Shown here: piece by piece, positions 29,701 through 64,000 of the stretch
Numbering within the stretch: the first letter of the stretch is position 1
Layout: every line of letters begins with the position of its first letter
Source: Sphaerodactylus townsendi
Taxonomy: Eukaryota
Assembly (NCBI RefSeq): GCF_021028975.2
Contig: NC_059436.1
Location: 25,420,001 to 25,484,000, forward strand
Direction: 5' to 3'
DNA length: 64,000 bases
Notes under the pieces: model-generated
What the model was told of the DNA's origin: nothing
Seen by the model: the letters and a program-made list of their open reading frames with translations, nothing else
The model's database searches: none
Position numbers and translations under genes: made by a program

Positions 29701-29798
29701 GGCACCAGCAAAGGGACCCAAGCCAGGGCGAGCCAAAGGCACGTGTGAGCCCGCAGGGCAGCCTCCATCACGGTTCTCCATGACGGCAGGGCATGCAT
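14769..29798 (-). CDS. PCSK7: Proprotein convertase subtilisin/kexin type 7, ~763 aa
   Basis: 15 coding exons (minus): 29331-29798, 28883-29017, 27750-27915, 25439-25529, 25103-25157, 24664-24802, 23325-23425, 21580-21750, 20915-21022, 20232-20334, 17209-17365, 16667-16761, 16372-16465, 15737-15854, 14769-15059, total 2292 nt. Prodomain site KRCKR/S, catalytic [29 protein letters not shown]-domain, TM helix. Confidence 0.96.
18667..19912 (+). mobile_element. CR1 LINE, 5'-truncated (RT C-terminus + 3' UTR), in PCSK7 intron
   Basis: ORF2 fragments [43 protein letters not shown] with frameshifts; ends in (TTCTTATG)n tail. Confidence 0.95.
23906..24215 (-). mobile_element. Older CR1-type 3' UTR fragment
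   Basis: CTGCTGGATCAGACCAGAGG motif is the reverse complement of the CR1 3' stem seen in the young copies; the rest is diverged. Confidence 0.5.
26027..26164. mobile_element. hAT-type MITE
   Basis: TIRs CAGGGGTCTTCAAACTATGGCCCTCCAGAT / ATCTGGAGGGCCATAGTTTGAAGACCCCT; same internal core as the 13453 and 36253 copies. Confidence 0.8.
26745..26880 (-). mobile_element. 5S rRNA-derived SINE
   Basis: TCCCACCCAAGCACTAACCAAGGCC...CTTAGCTTC is the reverse complement of the 5S internal control region. Confidence 0.6.
27147..27374 (+). mobile_element. CR1 LINE 3' end fragment
   Basis: Near-identical to 19690-19912; ends TTCTTATGTTCTTA. Confidence 0.9.
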
Positions 29799-30049
29799 CC
29801 GCCAGGCGAGCTGCAAGGGGAGAGGGCAAAGGTCAGCACAGCCCCCTCTGGCCAGAGGGCCCACCGAGGCCACTTCCAGACCACCAGACCACCCACCAGC
29901 CGTCCGGCACGGGCACTCAGGCAGGCCCCAGGAGCTGCAGAGTAAGCTGAAGTAGGGCAGAAGGAATCACGAGCCCCACAAGATGCCCCCCAAGCAGAGC
30001 AGCCCCCCCCCGGAAGCACTCACAAATTCTCCTCCCACCCCCCCAGGGC

Positions 30050-31250
30050 AACGGATTATTGGCACTCCCAGGCGCTCGACCTTGGCCGGAAAACCTCACG
30101 GGCCAATCGGCGCCTCCACTCTCCACGCCACCCCCCGCGGTCCCGGGTGGCGAGGGTCCGGAAGACCCGGGTTCAAATCCTCCACCGCGCAGGGAAGCGT
30201 GCTGGGCCGGGCACTCAGCCCCCTGCTGGGAGGGGGGAACGGGAGGGGGGCAGCCTGAGGGACGCCGTCCTGAGCGGCCGGGGGGGGCAGCCGGGCTCGA
30301 GAAGGGGGGGGCGCCGGTGAGTCCCGCGAGGAGGCGCAGCGGAGCCCTTTGCCGGTGTGTGTGTGTGTGGGGGGGGGGGTGCGCTCCGGCTAAACCCCAG
30401 CCTGGACCACCCCCCTCCCTGGTCTCCTCGCGAGCAGGCTGGCCGCGGCTGCCCCCGCCTCCCGCCGATGCCGCAGAGCGCCGCCGGCCCTCCCGCCCCC
30501 AGACCGGGGGGCCCTCGGGGGGGCGGGGGGGGCGCCCACCGCGCAGAGGGCCGCATGGGGCGGGGGAGGCGGCTCCGCAGTCGGCTCCGTCCGTCCGGGC
30601 CCTGCGAGGAGGCGGGCCAGGAAGAGGGGGGCGGGAGGAGGCGGAGCAAAGGGCGCGTCACGTCCGGCGGCCCCCGGCCCGCCCCGGCCGCTCGCCCGCC
30701 CGCCCGCCCTCCTTCCCTCTCTCCCTCCCTCCCTCCCTCCCTCGCGCCCAGGCAGGCAGGCAGGCAGGCCCGAGGGTGGGTCGCCGCGCCGGTGCCGCCG
30801 GGCCGCAGGTGAGCCGGGCCGAGGCAGCCCCGGAGGGCCTGGGTGGCGCTCTGCACATGCCCCGGGGCCAGGAGGGGCAGCGGGCCCGGCTCCCCTCCCT
30901 CCGTGCCGCTGAGGCGCCTGGCAGGCCGCGCCGGGCCTCGCCGACCCAGCCGGCCGGAGCCGCGCAGCCCCGGCTCCACCAGGGAGCCCCCCCGCCCCGT
31001 GCCCCGTGCCCCGTGCCCGCTCGGGGGTGGGCGCAGCGGCGACCAGGGCTGCGGAGGAGGACGGGCACAGGCGCTCGGCATAACCTACCCCGCAGGGCTG
31101 TTGTGAGGATCAGTCAGAGTCAGAGAGGAGACCCGCTTTGGTGGACGGGCGGGGGGGTATCAACTGTAGTGGGAGGGGGCGCTGACTGGATCTTGTGCAC
31201 TTCCTGTGTGGCTTCGCAAGACACCCCCGCCCCAGTAGCTGTGTCAGGCC
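30050..31250. promoter_or_regulatory. CpG island / bidirectional promoter of PCSK7 (-) and RNF214 (+)
   Basis: Very CpG-rich region between divergent start codons (29798 and 31391); CRE-like GCGTCACGTC at ~30655; probable RNF214 non-coding exon 1 donor GTGAGC at 30809. Confidence 0.8.
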
Positions 31251-31390
31251 CTGCTGGGCTGGATCTGCAGCCCCCCCGCCCCCCCCCCCCGGCGCTGAAG
31301 GAGCCTTAGGCCTGCATTGGGCAATGAATGGGAGCCATCCCGGAGGGAGGATCTAACCACTGGTCTCTCTGTGCTTTCAGCAGGAGAGTG

Positions 31391-42558
<11,168 letters not shown>

Positions 42559-42660
42559 CCACTAGTGGACACAGGACGGTGGTGGTGCTCTGTGCCCAGG
42601 AGGGGCTGCGAGGATTTGTACAACTCTATATTTATACAGCCATGTATACACATGTACATT

Positions 42661-42666
42661 TTTATT
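42661..42666 (-). terminator. Probable distal BACE1 polyadenylation signal (AATAAA minus)
   Basis: TTTATT on the plus strand about 3.3 kb past the BACE1 stop. Confidence 0.5.
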
Positions 42667-42713
42667 CTATAGGGAATGTGTGTATAGAAAGTCTGTATAC
42701 ATACTAGTTCATA

Positions 42714-42719
42714 ATTAAA
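42714..42719 (+). terminator. RNF214 polyadenylation signal (ATTAAA)
   Basis: 156 nt after the stop, with upstream TGTA motifs and downstream GU-rich sequence. Confidence 0.6.
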
Positions 42720-45700
42720 GTGTGTATATTATGCAGAAGTGCCGTTCTGTGCCTCGTCTCACTGGCTCTAGTTTCCTCGGGCCGTCAGAGCTGCTCTCGC
42801 TTGCCCTTCCCCACACGCACCCCGATGAGCACTGGTGTCCCTGCCCTACCAGAAATGAGGTAGCCAAGAAGCTCCTCTCTCTCCCTCCAGGCAACACATT
42901 TTTACTGGGCTAAACTTCCATGACTCGCACAGACATGCACGGGGAAGGAGGCCAGTCACAGAGCACTGGCTTGGGTGGCTCCACTGGTCCCTGCCGGGTC
43001 ACTCTTTCATCTCCAAGCCAGACCAGCCTATTGGGAGAAAAGCTGCGTCCCCCTCCCCCCTTAAGACCACCTTGGCAAGTAGTCCTTCACAAGCTGCAGC
43101 TGGTGAGTGAGCTGATGTCCCCACCCCCTCTGTGGGAGCCCCGGAAGCAGCGGACCCAGGCACGGGAGGCTCTGGCTGGGGCATCTTTCACCAGCTGCAG
43201 GGGCAGAGTCTGGGGTTTGGTCTCCTCCTTGCGTGACCCTTCAAAGTCCCATTTTTCCAACTTTCCAATCAGGGCCTCCACTCTAGATTTTTTGAAAATA
43301 TCTTGTAGGCTTGTCAAGCCGTTGCCTCTCTCAGTTGTGCACAGAATTGTGGCCTGCTGCTTTTGTACACAAAAATCTGCAGCTCAGAGCTGCTCCTCAT
43401 GCTGTCCAGCTCTCAGCCTTCTTTGGCCAAAGTACCTCTGTGAGTGTGTTAAGTGCTGTCAAGTTGAATGAATGATTTCCAAAATGTCCTATCATGAACA
43501 GCTTTGCTCAAGTCCTGCAATCTGCAAACGTTTCTCCTAAAAATACAGGCAGGGAGGACCCCCAGCGTCCCCTTTGCAACGACATGAACTGCTTCAGAAG
43601 GCCAAACAGCCCAGCTTCTGTTGGTTCATCTTTCGTTGCCAGAGTTGCCCGGCAGCCTGGGATGCTGGACCTGGGTCAGGGTGGCAGAAGGCCCCGGCTG
43701 GAGGGCCACCGCCCTGCCATGACAGTCGTGATTTTCAGTCAAGGGCTGCTGCCGCCTCTTCAAAGCCTGAGAGGCAACGCCTGAAGTGCAGGTCCTACTG
43801 AAGGAGTAACCAGATTGAGAAAATCAAGACAGACTGCTGGAGTCGGGCGAAAGAAGGGCGGGCCCTAACTGTAAACACACGTTACGTTCTGAAAGGGCTG
43901 AGGTGTGCTAAAGGCAGCAGCAGCCGCAGCAGCTTTTCTCCTGAGGAGCAACCCATCCAGGTCACCAGGGACAGGATGGGAGAGAACCTCATCCAGCACC
44001 CAACCCGTAAAGTGCATCCCGGGCTCCTATCCCATCCCCTGCCCCCGCCCACATCCGCTTGGCGGCCATTCCAGGCTGAAGAACATAATATTGAAAACCA
44101 GGCAGTTATTTTTTAAAAAATCCTAAAAAGATTGTCTGGCTCCTCATCCCTCGCTTAAGATGGAAACCACCCGGGCAGCGAAAGGCTAATGTTGCAAATA
44201 TTTACAGCATCTTGTACAGGGAACACGGCAAGAGAGCAGCTCAGGGGAAATGGCCCAAGGACCACAGCCTCTGAGCAAGGGTGGGGGCACTTGGGGGCCG
44301 GGCTATGCTTGCCAAAATCCAGCTTGTGCATTCTGTTTAGGCAGACCCTCCCTCCACTACCTGGGGAGGGGGGAGGAGGTATGTGGGACAGTGTGACTAA
44401 GCAGCCTCCCTGCCGCCTTGGGTGCTTTGGTTGACTTCTACGTGGTCACCGGTGCTGTTGTGGCTGGCTGGCTGGCTGCAAAAGAACTGGCCCCGAGCGC
44501 TCATCCCCAGACAGAGGCAGGAGCACCTGGCCCCCGACTCCTCAAAGAGCTTTGCTAGGTTCCATTAGCCCTGCAGACACCCTTCCATTCTTTGATGTGC
44601 TGTGGCCAGCCCCTGCCACCAGAGAGATGGCACACTACGCTCAACAGCAGCCTGGACCATGCTAGCTGTTGCCAGCCGGCTTGAGCAGCTGGGCCTGTTC
44701 CTTGTGGGGTGGGTGGGTGTAGGGAGGGAGGGAACAGCCTGAGCCAGCAGCCTTTCCACTGAGGCCAAAGGGCTCCCTGGAGGTGCTAGGGGCAGTCCTG
44801 GCCTTCGCCTGAGGCAGCTGGCAGCCTCTAAAGACTGGGAGAGGCAGTGTGTGTGTGGGGGGGGGGGGGCGGGGCGGGGGGGGGTCCATCCACTCATCTG
44901 CAGGCTGAGAACCGATTACAGTTTCCCTCCAGCCATAAGCTGCACAGAGATGGCACCAGCAAAGCTCCTCTGGGCCAGAAAAATTGGAAAGTGGAGGCTA
45001 AGCCCAGTGGAGCCCCTGAAGTGCAAAGCCCGAAGCCCAGGGCAGAGTGGGGCTAGCTGCCCTCTTCCTTTCACAGCAGAGCTGGCCAGGAGGCTAGAAC
45101 CGGCTCTAATGGTCTGCCAGATGAAGAGCTCCATGCAGACACCCACAGAATGACCGGAAGCAGCGGCTCCTGCAAGCACCGGCAGCCCCAAGCAGCCTGG
45201 AAGGGAGCGTCCCCACGGGCTGACCTACCTGCCTGTAAAAGCTGTGATCAAGATGGTCCTCAAGCCCCCCACACACACCCCTCCGCGAGACTCACAGGCC
45301 TTCCTGCCTTGGCCAGCTCACCACCAGTGAGAGGGGTGGGGGAAGGTGGGCGCTGCCTTAGCCCCACAAAGCAAACTCCAGGACCTTGAGCTCTGCCTTC
45401 CTTGGAGAGAAGTGGCTCCTCCCCTCCCCGGGCATGCCAGCAGTGCCCAGCCCAGCCCAGCCCAGCCCAGCCCAGCCCAGCCCCCAAAGTGGGGAATGGC
45501 CTCTACGCTTGCCCTTTTATAAATACACACGCACACAAAACCCACAGCGACCCCTGCGGGGCCCACAGAAGCAACACAGCTCTTTGCAGAAAGCCCTTTG
45601 TGGCACGAGCCCACGTGAAGCCAGAGCAGCACCCACCGGGGGAGGAGGATAAAGCAAGCAGACAAGACGCCCCCCGCACACACTCCCCGGGCCAGCGAAG

Positions 45701-45970
45701 CCAGCCTCTGGCCCACTATGGCGCTTTTTTCCAGCAGGGCAGGAGAACAGTGTCTTTGTCTGTGGCCGCTCCCTCCCTGGTGGGGGGGAAGGACGCCTTT
45801 CTTGTGGAACTGGGGGGCCTGGTCGGCTAGCTGTGTGCCAGGCCCTGCTTTGGCTGGGCGTTGCACCGTCCCCCTTCCACAGAGACCAAGGCCCCTCCAG
45901 CTGAGGGGGGGAGTCTCTTGCTCTCCACGCAGCCCACCTCTCTGCCTCCACAGGCTGGCGTGGGCACCGC

Positions 45971-64000
<18,030 letters not shown>

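Noticed and set aside
30059-31309. 416-aa and 288-aa ORFs in the PCSK7/RNF214 island
   Set aside because: CpG-island artefacts with no recognisable domain.
42920-43471. 183-aa ATG ORF after RNF214
   Set aside because: Antisense to the probable BACE1 3' UTR; no domain or promoter evidence.

Overview
Vertebrate genomic DNA, most likely a squamate (gecko-like, inferred from the repeat families). It carries the conserved syntenic block SIDT2 (+, last 10 coding exons), TAGLN (+, complete, with a CArG-box promoter), PCSK7 (-, complete, 15 coding exons), a bidirectional CpG island, RNF214 (+, complete, 15 coding exons) and BACE1 (-, exons 2-9 plus the 3' end of exon 1). Exon boundaries were placed by hand from GT-AG sites and protein similarity; human comparisons are from memory. 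Repeats include young CR1 LINEs, hAT MITEs with 8-bp TSDs, tRNA- and 5S-derived SINEs, Penelope-like inverted repeats with hammerhead-ribozyme cores, and a 6.5-kb internally deleted class I ERV (tRNA-His PBS, 4-bp TSD) in BACE1 intron 1. Most notable: (1) near-identical inverted CR1 copies bracket BACE1 exons 2-4 (444 nt, frame-preserving), a circRNA/exon-skipping candidate; (2) hammerhead-bearing hairpin insertions; (3) a non-autonomous ERV nested in a MITE nested in a SINE; (4) BACE1 exon 8 is frameshifted, probably through assembly error; (5) RNF214 and BACE1 3' ends probably overlap. No wholly new protein-coding system is evident.
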